From Neodothiora populina (Eukaryota): a stretch of DNA of 64,000 nt. Shown here one piece after another: positions 49,316-60,135 of the stretch (its first letter is position 1; each line of letters opens with the position of its first letter). Under the pieces are notes generated by a model, which saw nothing but the letters and a program-made list of their open reading frames with translations, did not search any database and was not told the origin of the DNA. The translations under genes were made by a program, and so were the position numbers. Location of the stretch: assembly GCF_041146345.1 (NCBI RefSeq), contig NW_027191417.1, positions 806,001-870,000 of the forward strand, given 5' to 3'.

Positions 49316-50185
49316 TTATTTGTTCGCTTCATCGAGGCCAGACAGTACCCGTTGCGTTTCCTTGACGAGCTCTTTTCTCCTTGCCCGAGCATCAGGATCG
49401 CCTTCTGTGTCGACGGCATCCAACTTCAACAGGACCTGGGCAAGTATGGTCTCGCTGAGTCGCTTATGCTCGAACTCCTTTTTGGCATGGTCGCTAGGAG
49501 GGCTGTTGGTGAATTGTACACACTGAGGTAGCAGCTCTCGAAGGGTGCGCCCAACAGCATCGATCTTTGCCAGAGGCGTAGTAGGTTTTAAGGGTGCAGG
49601 CGCTGGCTGTGAGCTTGCTCCGGTGCCACCGGACTTCTTTCCCTTCTTCTTGCGGTTTCTGTTACGAACGCGAGTGCGTTTGCCTTCCTCGTCTCCAATT
49701 GCAGTGGCGCCATGCGACTGACCGCCATCCTCAGAATCGCTCGAACTCTGTGAATCTGTGCCAGCGTCGCCCACGACACACATGATTTCGGCGCCATCCC
49801 TAAGGCCTTCTCCTCTACAGGTTCGCGAATCATCTTTGAGATTCTTTCCCTTATAAAGCAGCTTGATTTTCCTCGCATCAGGTGTGCCGGTTTCTCTTGC
49901 TGCTTGTAACCTCACGTCCCCGATCTTAAGCTCTCCGCGTGATATCGAATGTGCTGGGAAATGCACTGGCAAACTGACGCGTTTGCACTTCAGCACCAAT
50001 GCATCTCTGTCTCTAGAAGGCCCTGACTCGACTGGAGAAGGAGAGCGATTCTGCGCACGTTTCAGGTCTTCCGAAGTGATGTAACTGTAATCGTCTTCGC
50101 CAACCTGGTTTGCCTCGGGAGCTGGATTGCGTCCGAAGGGTGAGAAGCGACCGGACCACGATCCGAAACGAGATGACCACGACAT
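49316..50185 (-). CDS. BAG-domain Hsp70 co-chaperone with ubiquitin-like domain; first ATG at 50185, frame open upstream to at least 50563
   Basis: Ubl-like IKLLYKGKNLKDD..GLRDGAEIMCV. BAG motif EHKRLSETIL..LLKLDAVDTEGDPDARARRKELVKETQ. Confidence 0.88.
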   Translation of the reverse strand: MSWSSRFGSWSGRFSPFGRNPAPEANQVGEDDYSYITSEDLKRAQNRSPSPVESGPSRDRDALVLKCKRVSLPVHFPAHSISRGELKIGDVRLQAARETGTPDARKIKLLYKGKNLKDDSRTCRGEGLRDGAEIMCVVGDAGTDSQSSSDSEDGGQSHGATAIGDEEGKRTRVRNRNRKKKGKKSGGTGASSQPAPAPLKPTTPLAKIDAVGRTLRELLPQCVQFTNSPPSDHAKKEFEHKRLSETILAQVLLKLDAVDTEGDPDARARRKELVKETQRVLSGLDEANK

Positions 50186-52775
50186 GAATAGTATCAGACC
50201 AAGGATGAGTACCGGCAGCAGCGACGCTATCTCGGTAGACGAGTGCAGACCAAGATAGTCTTGGAGTAGTTGAAAGTACGATCCAGGGATCTCGGTTGCC
50301 TCCAATGGTCGACGCAGGGACGTCGGAATCCACGCGTCTTTCAGGTGCTGCAAGTACTCGATAAGCCCGCCCGCAACCGATCGGCTGCTCTCACTCAGTC
50401 GAGCGCTGTCAAAGAAGCTCTGTAAAGAGTTCGAAAGTGACGGGGAAGCCACTTTGACGACGTCGGTATAAATGTACGTGTTGTAGACTCGGGTACAGTA
50501 CCTTATCTTGGCTGAAGGGAAAACTGCCTTTGATTTCGAAGGATCAAGCACAGAAAACAGCAAGGTATCTTTACCTCAGCGCGGCTTAGGTTGTGTAGGC
50601 GGCGGTGACGACAGAGAAAAGCACGTGAACACTTCATGCGGATGAGGTGGGCTTGCGAGACCCTTGTGCTTCGGGACTCTAAACATGTCGTGCACATCAC
50701 AACTGCAGCCTCGAAAAGCTTGCCAAGTTGCCGTCCATGGGTCAGCCCTACCATCGGCTTCCACTGAACAATTTGTGTTCTTTAGGCGGGAATAGAAGAC
50801 GGCTCTTCTTCTTGGCTCTTCCTGTGCCGAGTCGGGACTCTGTACAAGTAAAGTATGGTCAAGCTTTCGCAGGGGCAGGCATGCGATGCGAAACCGACCG
50901 AAAGCACTCCACGTGTGGGTCGCATAAAATGATCAGAGATCAAAAGGCATTTTAGTCGTCCATACCTTAGTGACCAGGGGGCAGCCTTATTGTGCACCAA
51001 ACAATTCTCCATGCATTAGTCCGTTTCGTCCATACTTGTGTCTCAACCAACGTAAATCATCACGACTCTCATGTATAGAACTGCGTTCACGTAAGACCAC
51101 AGTAGAAATGACAGCATTTATGGCCCCGCCTCTTGCATACGGTACGTTGGAAGAGGTCTTGAGCGCGGTGGCCTGATCCCCCTATTACCAAGAAATGACC
51201 AAGGAACCACACAGGCAGCCAAGAAAACCACTGACAGGTCGAAGGACCTGGGAGCTTTGTCGGTTGGCTTAGGGGAAGTAGCACTGATATCAGCATAGAC
51301 ACCCAACAAGTCATGCGTTAGCTAAAATTATGCAAGATCGCCACAGCGAATCTCGCCTCCGAACATATGGATCATATGCATTTCACTTGCTTGTGCGAGG
51401 AAATTATTGCCTACCTTAGGTGTCACTGTGACATGAATGCTTGTCATCTGTACAATAATACAACCACAATAAGTTTTACTGCATCGCATCGACCACCCCG
51501 TTACTATAACATCGGGTAATCCAAGCGCGACATTAGAATGGCCACAAAATCGGCGTCTCGGTTGCAATATCATGATAGAATCATCTGGCTTGACTATTCG
51601 CCCTTCTCTCTTTCCTCGACACCTACGGTTTCCGGCTGCGAATACCATAAGCGGCATCTCAGCAGTGGCATTCGTATAACCCTCGCAAGAGGTACCCTAC
51701 CGAGCCTGCGCTGTACATAATATTTTGTGACGTTGCCGATTGCTGACAGTAGGGAGTGGTTAGTTAGGGCTCGCCAAGGGATGATCATCTCTCGGCATTC
51801 GCCCTGTACTTCAAGTAGAAGCGCGCAACGGCAAAAATGAGATGGTAATGCATCTCGGGGGGTCGGCCTTTGATTAATCCCGTGCAGACAAGCTTCGCAA
51901 ACTATCGATAGTCTGCGCCCTGTCGCAACTAAATACGGACTTCTCTTCCCCACTCGAGTCATCTATTGTAGTACAGTGGGGCACAACACGACGTCAAGTG
52001 CAGTGCCAGGTCTGCCGGAATTTTGACCAGGAAATTGATCATGTAGGTGTAAACATTGTTGGTTTGCGAGTGTGTCTGGCTGTATCGGAGGGACTCTCGG
52101 TGTCCCACAACTCGGATATAGCACATAATCAAGTAGCATTCTTCTCGCCATTCCCTGTACATTAAGCCGTCGAACCAATAGGGCTTCAGGCACACACCAT
52201 GTCCAAGTGGATCTGTGGGGACTTGGGACTGGTGTGAACGGTTCTTCTCAGGGCACGGAGATTGGCGTTCTGTCAACCATCAATCATCAGACCTGGATTT
52301 ATTGGGCTCTCGCTCGAAGAAAAATGGATCATGGCCCCGCCGTACTTAATAAGGAGTCAAATTGCAAAAAAGTCGTTGCTTTCCTCGCTTCAACGTTTCG
52401 CGAGCGTGGCAAGGTCTTGTCATGCAGTAGGTTCGATTGTAACTTCTTAGTTCGCCGCTCACATCTTGCTTACGGCGCCTACGTACGAGCCCTTGAGCAG
52501 CCTTACCTCGACTAGGTAGTGTGGAGATTTCGCACTTCGCACCGGCCTCGGACGACATTCCCCTCTTATCACCGAGCGATTCCGCTTCCTTGACCTACCT
52601 TATTGTACTTTATTGCACTGCACTGTGCTTTGCAGTGGTTACGTATCTGCTAATCCTTTCTACAAAGTTAAGGTGGGTATACTTCAACTAGGCGTCCACT
52701 GACTCGGGAGAGGAGTACCTGACTCTTCTGCGATTCCAATCTGCAACTCTGACTCCTTCTTTCCTCTTTACCAAC

Positions 52776-55700
52776 ATGTCAGAGATGGACGAGCAGACCC
52801 CGGATGTATACGATGACAACAGCGAAGACCAAGCTGAGAATGTAGACAATGATGTCAAGCGTGAGACGTTCTCTCACGCGTCACCTGCGCCTGGGGCCAA
52901 TTCGACCGGGCAGTCACAGTTCAAACCACATCTTCCTATGCAAAAAAGACGGCGGGTGACTCGGGCCTGTGATGAATGTCGACGGAAGAAAATCAAGTGT
53001 GACGGGAAACAACCCTGCACGCATTGTACAGTATACAGCTATGGTTCGTCGATCTTCCGCCGATTGATGTGTGCGAATGGCAGCGCTGACTGATCTATCC
53101 AATAGATTGTACTTACGATCAACCCTCCAACAGAAGGCGCAATCCCGCGCCTCAGTACATCGAAGGTCTCGAGCACAGAGTACATCGTGCTGAGACCCTT
53201 CTGCATATGCTTATGCCCGACTTAAATCTGAACGATCCTAGCATAGATGTTGCTGTCGCGCAAGGCTACATCCCTGGATTGAGTGGGAAGTCTTCTACTG
53301 AAGATATGCCTGACCGAGTCCAGGCCCCAGCCCAGGCCGATGCCGTGACCGACCCCAAGGACACTAGACTTGAATCCATGGTGCGCGCAATCGGACAATT
53401 GGAACTGGATGAACAGGGTAATTGGGATTACCATGGTCACTCTTCAGGTCTCAGTTTTATCAGAAGGATGCGCGAGCAGCTGGGCGATGTCATGGGCCCG
53501 GATACCAGGGCGACCCCATTTGCGAAATCGAGACCAATGTCGCAAGTGTTTGAGTCCCCGCGATCATTGACCGCCGAGTCGCCATCAATGGAGTCAATCA
53601 TTAGCGGAACTGAGTTGCCACCGGACGATATTGCACGCGATCTCTGCAACACCGCTGTAAACGACGCGTCGGTCCTCTTGAGGGCTGTACATATCCCAAC
53701 TTTCTGGCAGTCCTTCGATCGCCTTTATCGTTTGCCTTTCGAAAATTACTCAAATGAAGATCACAAATTTCTTCCTCTATTGTATAGTATCATGGCCGTT
53801 GGTTGTTTGTACGGTAAGGATGAGCAGAGTGCCATCAATCAAGCCGGCTACGAAAGTGCCATCGACCAAGGGTAAGGATACATCATGAGCTTCGATAATT
53901 AAAAAAGCTAATCATGCGCAGGTTCAAATATTTCAAGGCTGCGAGGCAACTCCTGGATATAGCAGACTGCAGGGACTTGATCTCCATTCAGGCCGTTATT
54001 TACATGATATTGTTTCTCCAATCCTCGGCCAAATTATCGCAATGCTATGCCTACGTAGGCGTGGCATTGAGATCAGCCCTACGTATGGGTCTCCATCGTT
54101 CACATCGGTCCTTCTGCCGCAACTTCAATCCTATCGAGGCAGAGGTGCGCAAGCGAGTCTTTTGGACCATTCGTAAGATGGATATCTATATAGGTGCAAT
54201 GCTCGGACTTCCCCAGACCTTGAGCGATGAGGATATCGATCAAGATCTTCCTGTTGAGGTGGATGACGAATACATCACAGAGAGCGGGATCCTGCCCATG
54301 CCTGAGGGCACAACGGCATTGACGACAGCATTCAATGCACATCTCCGACTGGTCCAGATTCTCTCTAAGATAGTGCGAAACGTTTATCCCATCCGCGCCA
54401 AAGATGCACAGAACAGCCAGGACAAATCATATACCGTACCGTTCTCGGTCATACGAGATCTGGAGAATGACCTTGAGAATTGGAAGGAAAATCTACCATC
54501 AGGCCTTGATCCTTGTACAGACAAGAATCCCAAATTGACCAGGTTGGACATATTCAACTATCTAGAATTGACGGCATGCTGACAGGATCACAGGGCGCAA
54601 CAATTGTTGCGTATTGCTTATGCGCATTCGCAGGCAATGCTATATCGCCCTTTCTTGCATTTCGTTGCAACAGACAAGAGGAACCGCGACATCGACCAGC
54701 GAGCATACACCTGCGCAGCGTCCTACGTCAACCTCTCTCGCAACATCATACACCTTTGCGCGCAAATGAAGCAGAGTGGCTTGCTAAACGGCGCACATTG
54801 GTTTATCATGTACACTACGTTCTTTTCTGTCATGTCATTAATATATTTTGCGGCGGAGAACCCGGATAATCCAACCACAGTAGCTGTCATGAAGGACGCC
54901 ATGCAGGGCAAGGAGGTCTTGGCGTCACTAGCGAGACGCAGCATGGCTGCTGACAGGTGCACTGTGACGCTCGAGGTATGTTCGCAAGTGAGAATCGAGG
55001 CCATGGACGTTTGACTCATCACAAGGACAGGGTGTCTTCATTGGCTTGCCGGACTGGCTACGGGAAGGTCGTCCGAATCCGACCGTGTCCAAAAAGCGAC
55101 GACAAGGGAGCCCGCATACTGCTCAGCCTGCACGCAGCCATCCAGATCTCTCGGAAATCAGTAGTCGCGAGCCACCGCAGCCAGGCCTTCAACGCCGCGC
55201 AAGCACTTTTCCGAACACTTCGACTAACGCCTCTTCCATGCAAACCCCGTCCCACGATCAACAAATGGCCTTTACAGGCCCGACGCAATCTAGTGGATCC
55301 AGCAGTGGCCCGTATACACCTACAAGTCCCAACTTTGGCCAGCGCATCATTAGTACGAGCGCATTAGAACTAGACTCACCCAATGGCCTCCTACCATACA
55401 ACTTTAGTGCGGGCTTGGGTCAAACGAACCTGCCTGACCTGTCAGCTATGATGTTTCCCTCCGCAGAACCTTTCAACTACCCCAATCAACCCCTGACAAC
55501 TTTCGAAAACAACCAATTCTCGAAGAACCAACACAATTTCAATGCGTTCGGTACTTCTGATCCATCGGTCATGCCGTCTGGACACGTCACAACTTCGGAA
55601 AGTGACAACCTCGAGGCTCAGTTCTTCACACTGCCGCCATATATGCTTCCGTTGGCACAGCAACAGCAACATCGACAGCAGCAACAGCAAGCTCAACAGC

Positions 55701-55930
55701 AGCGACAGCCTGGGTGGGATGTCGGTATGCCACCTCAGGTTGGTGCTATGCGACAATTCACAGGAGCGCCAAACTTGGACGCTGGCATACTTGGTAACAA
55801 TGACGGTTGGAGTGGGACACAGCAGCAGGGATCGGCGAGAAATACTGGCTTCCCTGGGGTCAACCTGAATGAGATATTCGGGGGTGAAGAATGGAACGGC
55901 GTTCTCATGGGTCAAAGTTTCCGACAATAG
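52776..55930 (+). CDS. ASG1: Zn(II)2Cys6 transcription factor, Asg1/Hal9-like, with fungal TF middle-homology region; exons 52776-53043, 53106-53871, 53922-54542, 54594-54975, 55031-55930
   Basis: [61 protein letters not shown]. Four GT-AG introns. Confidence 0.85.
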
Positions 55931-56402
55931 AGACGAGTATCGAGGCATGTACCAGAGCGACACGATACCCAGGTCAGGATGCATCACAGGAGTTTTTGGG
56001 AAATTGATTATGTCGCGGCGCTTCGAGTAAGCATCTTATTGCTCGTGATGGGAGGTGGTGATCCACAGCTAGAAGTCAAGTGAATGTCAGAACCTCCTCG
56101 TACTAATACCCAGCGTTGTCAATCTAATCACTCCATCCATTTACTGTCGATTGTGAGCGCTACTGTTGGTGCACAGTACCAAGCAATATTGTATTGGTAT
56201 ATTAGACATGATCTGCTTCGCTTGGGGCAGTGTGCAGTATAAGTAAAGCAAGGTAGCGTTAACGGTTCATGGCGACTGCGGGGTGAAGATCCAACGTCAC
56301 TCAACCAACAGATGCTCTATACTCGTGCAATCACTCAACTACTATCTCACTCACCCATACCCTACTGTAGTTGATGGTAGCCCTCGACTCTCTATCCGCT
56401 CG

Positions 56403-59400
56403 ATGGCTAAATACTCGAGGAACCCTATAGCCTTCACTCCACCGTCGGTGACGATACTCTCGATTCTAACTTATGTCGCGCTCTTCACTGCCCTCATCGT
56501 GACCCACCACGTCGTTCCTTCCGCGCCCAGCAACCCGACCCCCCAGCAATGGCCTGGTGTCAATATAACGCAAGCCTGGCATGATCTCGAGCACCTCAGC
56601 AAGAATCACCACCCATTCGTCTCCAAAAGCAACCAAGATCTCAGGGTTTGGCTTATCGGTAGAATACACGGCATACTAGATACCAATGGCGCCGACTGGC
56701 AGATCGTCTCCGGACACGGCGATGCTCGCGCCACTAAACAACAATCAGTCACTTTGTTCGACGACAGAGCCAGCAACGTGACCTATCCTTACTCTCACGA
56801 ATGGATTACCTACTTCGAGTCAGAAAATGTCATGGTATACATCCCGGGCTCCGAGGATCATCCAATGGACACGTGGGAGGACGGCGACGACACTGGGAAG
56901 GGGGGAGTGTTGGTCAACGCGCATTACGATAGCGTGTCTACAGGATATGGCACCACCGACGATGGCGTCGGTGTGGTCACTGTGTTGCAGTTGGTCTCGC
57001 ATTTTACTACAAAAGGCAACCGGCCCAAGAGGGGTATCGTAGCCTTGCTGAACAACGGCGAGGAGGACGGCCTTCATGGAGCCAAGGTCTTCACCCAACA
57101 TCCTTTGTCGGCATTTCCTTCCACTTTCTTGAATCTAGAGGGTGCTGGTGCAGGCGGCAGGGCGACGCTCTTCAGGAGTACTGATGCCGAGGTCACCAGA
57201 TACTACGCTAGAAGCAGCCATCCTTTCGGCAGTGTTGTCAGCGGCGACGGCTTCAAGAGAGGCCTTGTAAGAAGCGGCACTGATTACACCGTCTTCACCG
57301 AGGATCTAGATATGCGCGGTCTTGACGTAGCTTTCATGGAACCCAGGGCGAGATATCATACCGAACAGGATGATGCGCGAGACACTAGTTTGGCGAGTCT
57401 GTGGCATATGCTGTCCGCTTCATTGGCGACTATGGATGGGCTTTCGAACGACGCCGATTCGTCTTTCGGAGGTAAAGGCAGCGACGGCGTATGGTTTGAC
57501 ATCCTAGGCCAAGCATTTGCTGTTCTCCGCCTGCACACGCTGTTTGCACTCTCGGTCACCTTGCTCGTCGCTGGCCCAATTTTTCTCATCGCCGTTGAAG
57601 TAGGTCTCAGGAAATCTGACAAGTGGTACCCATTTTCTCGCAAACAATATCTGCGCTCCTCCGACGACGATGAGCCGGTGCATTTATATGGCTGGAGGGG
57701 CTTCTTCAGATTCCCTCTGGCGTTCATCGTAGCCACTGCGATTGTCATTGCCCTTGCCTATCTCTTTACGAAACAAAACCCCTACATTGTGCAATCCAGT
57801 CCTTACGCCGTCTGGTCTTGCATGCTTGCTGGCTGGCTGAGCATGGCCTGGTTCTTCACACGTCTTGGAGACTCTGTCCGTCCGTCAGCCCTGTCCCGAC
57901 TGTACACTCTTTTGTGGCTGTATATCTTATCCTGGGCTGCTCTTGTTCTTGTCACTGTAGGTGAAAACCAGTTGCATCTTGGAGGTGGGTATTTTATGGT
58001 GATCTACAATACTGCGATCCTTGCTGCACTGCTGGTGTCCTATGTTGAGCTCTTTGCGCTCCCCAAGAAGAGCGTATATGCCGAGCACGCCGCTTTCGGC
58101 CCAGAACCGTACAACACTTCTCCTAGAACCGCTAGTTTCCAGTCTGCAGGTGTCCTGCCAGCGGATGAACCACCTCGCGGTAGAGAATTGCACACACCCA
58201 ACGCGAACGAGAACGACGATGCCACTGAGACAACGTCTCTTCTGAACAGCCGTCAAACCTTTACAAGGTATGGACGTGAGCGCCGACGCTCCGAGCAGAC
58301 AGACTTGGACGCGATTTCGCATCAAGATCCTTTGCTGGTTCAGGCATATGGAGGCGAGCAAGCCTGGTCCAGCAGCCTCCCGCGTTGGACCTGGTTCTTG
58401 CAGATGCTACTGCTGGTACCAATCAATGTCATATTGGTCGGACAAATTGGCCTTTTGGCTACCAGCGCATTGCAATACACCCCAGCAGACGGCAACGAGC
58501 CACTGACCATCTACCTGCTGTTTGCGGTTCTGTCCACGGTCATCCTTTTGCCACTCACGCCGTTTATGCATCGCATGACCTACCACATCCCGACGTTTCT
58601 GTTCCTCGTCTGCCTCGGCACTCTGTTCTACAACGCTTTCGCCTTCCCGTTCTCTCGTAACAACAGGTTGAAGGTGTTTTTCTTTTCGCAGATCGATCTC
58701 GATTCAGGAAACTACAGCACAGCGTTGACAGGCTTGCAGCCGTACACGTCGGACATTGTTGCCCAACTCCCAAGCGCCAATGGGGAAGCAGTGCAATGCG
58801 GCCACGTGGGTTGGGCAACAGCAAAGCCAGGCCTGGAGAGCTGCGAATGGCAAGGATTGGCTCCCAACGTCGTTCCTCATCACTACCTGTCCGGTCCCGA
58901 TGCGCCGTACCCAAACAAGACTCTGAGTTGGACAGACGGACTCCGAAAGCGCCAGCCTACCAAACCCGACTACTCGCAATGGCTGCGACTCAACGTGACC
59001 AAGGCTAGCAGCCCCAGCCTCAGCAACGCGTCCAGCGAGTACGTATTCGACATCCAAGGCCTCAACACACGCTCGTGCCGTCTCTTCCTCGACACACCAA
59101 TCAGCAGCGTGACGGTCGAAGGGCCCGGAGTGTCCTCCAACAACCAACGCACCAACCCCTTCGTACCACTGAAAGACAGCGCCGCCGCGACGGACATGAC
59201 ACAGATCAAGCTCTGGAGTCGCACATGGGACGCCGTGTGGCGCGTCCGAGTCACCTTGCCCCCTGCCTCCGTCATCCATTCTCCACTCGCTAAAGAGTCC
59301 TCCTCCTCCTCTGATGTCACGGGAAAAGTCCTCTGTATCTGGGCGGACGTCAACCAGCCGGGCACGATCCCCGCGTTCGATGAGGTCCTGCACTACATGC

Positions 59401-59480
59401 CTGTTTGGAGCGTCGTGACCAAAGGCACGGATGGGCTTTTGGAGGGGTACAAGACTTTCAAGCTCAAGAGAAAAGCGTAG
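56403..59480 (+). CDS. PFF1: Vacuolar membrane M28 metalloprotease Pff1 (ERMP1/FXNA-like), intronless
   Basis: N-terminal TM, M28 ligands NAHYDS, TDDG, NNGEE, NLEGAG, YHT, followed by multiple TM helices. First ATG at 56403. Confidence 0.92.
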   Translation: MAKYSRNPIAFTPPSVTILSILTYVALFTALIVTHHVVPSAPSNPTPQQWPGVNITQAWHDLEHLSKNHHPFVSKSNQDLRVWLIGRIHGILDTNGADWQIVSGHGDARATKQQSVTLFDDRASNVTYPYSHEWITYFESENVMVYIPGSEDHPMDTWEDGDDTGKGGVLVNAHYDSVSTGYGTTDDGVGVVTVLQLVSHFTTKGNRPKRGIVALLNNGEEDGLHGAKVFTQHPLSAFPSTFLNLEGAGAGGRATLFRSTDAEVTRYYARSSHPFGSVVSGDGFKRGLVRSGTDYTVFTEDLDMRGLDVAFMEPRARYHTEQDDARDTSLASLWHMLSASLATMDGLSNDADSSFGGKGSDGVWFDILGQAFAVLRLHTLFALSVTLLVAGPIFLIAVEVGLRKSDKWYPFSRKQYLRSSDDDEPVHLYGWRGFFRFPLAFIVATAIVIALAYLFTKQNPYIVQSSPYAVWSCMLAGWLSMAWFFTRLGDSVRPSALSRLYTLLWLYILSWAALVLVTVGENQLHLGGGYFMVIYNTAILAALLVSYVELFALPKKSVYAEHAAFGPEPYNTSPRTASFQSAGVLPADEPPRGRELHTPNANENDDATETTSLLNSRQTFTRYGRERRRSEQTDLDAISHQDPLLVQAYGGEQAWSSSLPRWTWFLQMLLLVPINVILVGQIGLLATSALQYTPADGNEPLTIYLLFAVLSTVILLPLTPFMHRMTYHIPTFLFLVCLGTLFYNAFAFPFSRNNRLKVFFFSQIDLDSGNYSTALTGLQPYTSDIVAQLPSANGEAVQCGHVGWATAKPGLESCEWQGLAPNVVPHHYLSGPDAPYPNKTLSWTDGLRKRQPTKPDYSQWLRLNVTKASSPSLSNASSEYVFDIQGLNTRSCRLFLDTPISSVTVEGPGVSSNNQRTNPFVPLKDSAAATDMTQIKLWSRTWDAVWRVRVTLPPASVIHSPLAKESSSSSDVTGKVLCIWADVNQPGTIPAFDEVLHYMPVWSVVTKGTDGLLEGYKTFKLKRKA

Positions 59481-60095
59481 TTGACGGGAACTTGTCTTTT
59501 GTCTCTTCCCCGGCAGGTAGGTAAAAAGGAACTGGAAGGGAAGGGAAGGGAAGGGGAAGGATCATAGAGAACGGAGGGACGAGGACAGGGCAGGGTAAGG
59601 CGGGCTGATGCCACGGGATTGTCGGAGAAATGACGATCTAGAGTGAGGAGTCCTCGTCATGTTCACGAAGGGTTTATTATTATGAGTCTCGGTTCGAATA
59701 CGATAAAGATAAAACAGAAAACCCTTATCGTGCTTATTCTTATTTGAAGCTCGGTCTGGTCTTTCGCAGATATGCTTGTTTTGTGTACTACCTATTTCGG
59801 AAGAAGAAGAGTGCCAACAGTGTCTGGAGAAGAAACGTCAAAATTAAACGAAGACACCGGCAGGCAGGCTAGTGCTATACCAATACACACGGTCGCGATA
59901 TGCAGAGATTCACCGAGGAAGCAAAATAAGTAAACATGCAGAAAAAGGGGCGGATCTGACGGATTCTACTTGGCAAAAGGTGAGTGGTATTGTGTCATTC
60001 CAATAAAGCATTGCCTATCGTTCATAATTCTGTAGTCTTCTCTGTCTCTCTCTTCTACTCGTCATCACTAGAGCACATAATGCAGCTTCATCGTG

Positions 60096-60124
60096 ATCAT
60101 CATCATCATCATCATCATCATCAT
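60096..60124. repeat. (CAT)n microsatellite just downstream of the J-protein stop
   Basis: Directly visible. Confidence 0.9.
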
Positions 60125-60135
60125 CTCAAGCCATC

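Noticed and set aside
59685..59702. GGTTCGAAT tRNA T-loop-like words (related words also near 29790 and 52430)
   Set aside because: No T-stem pairing or cloverleaf.
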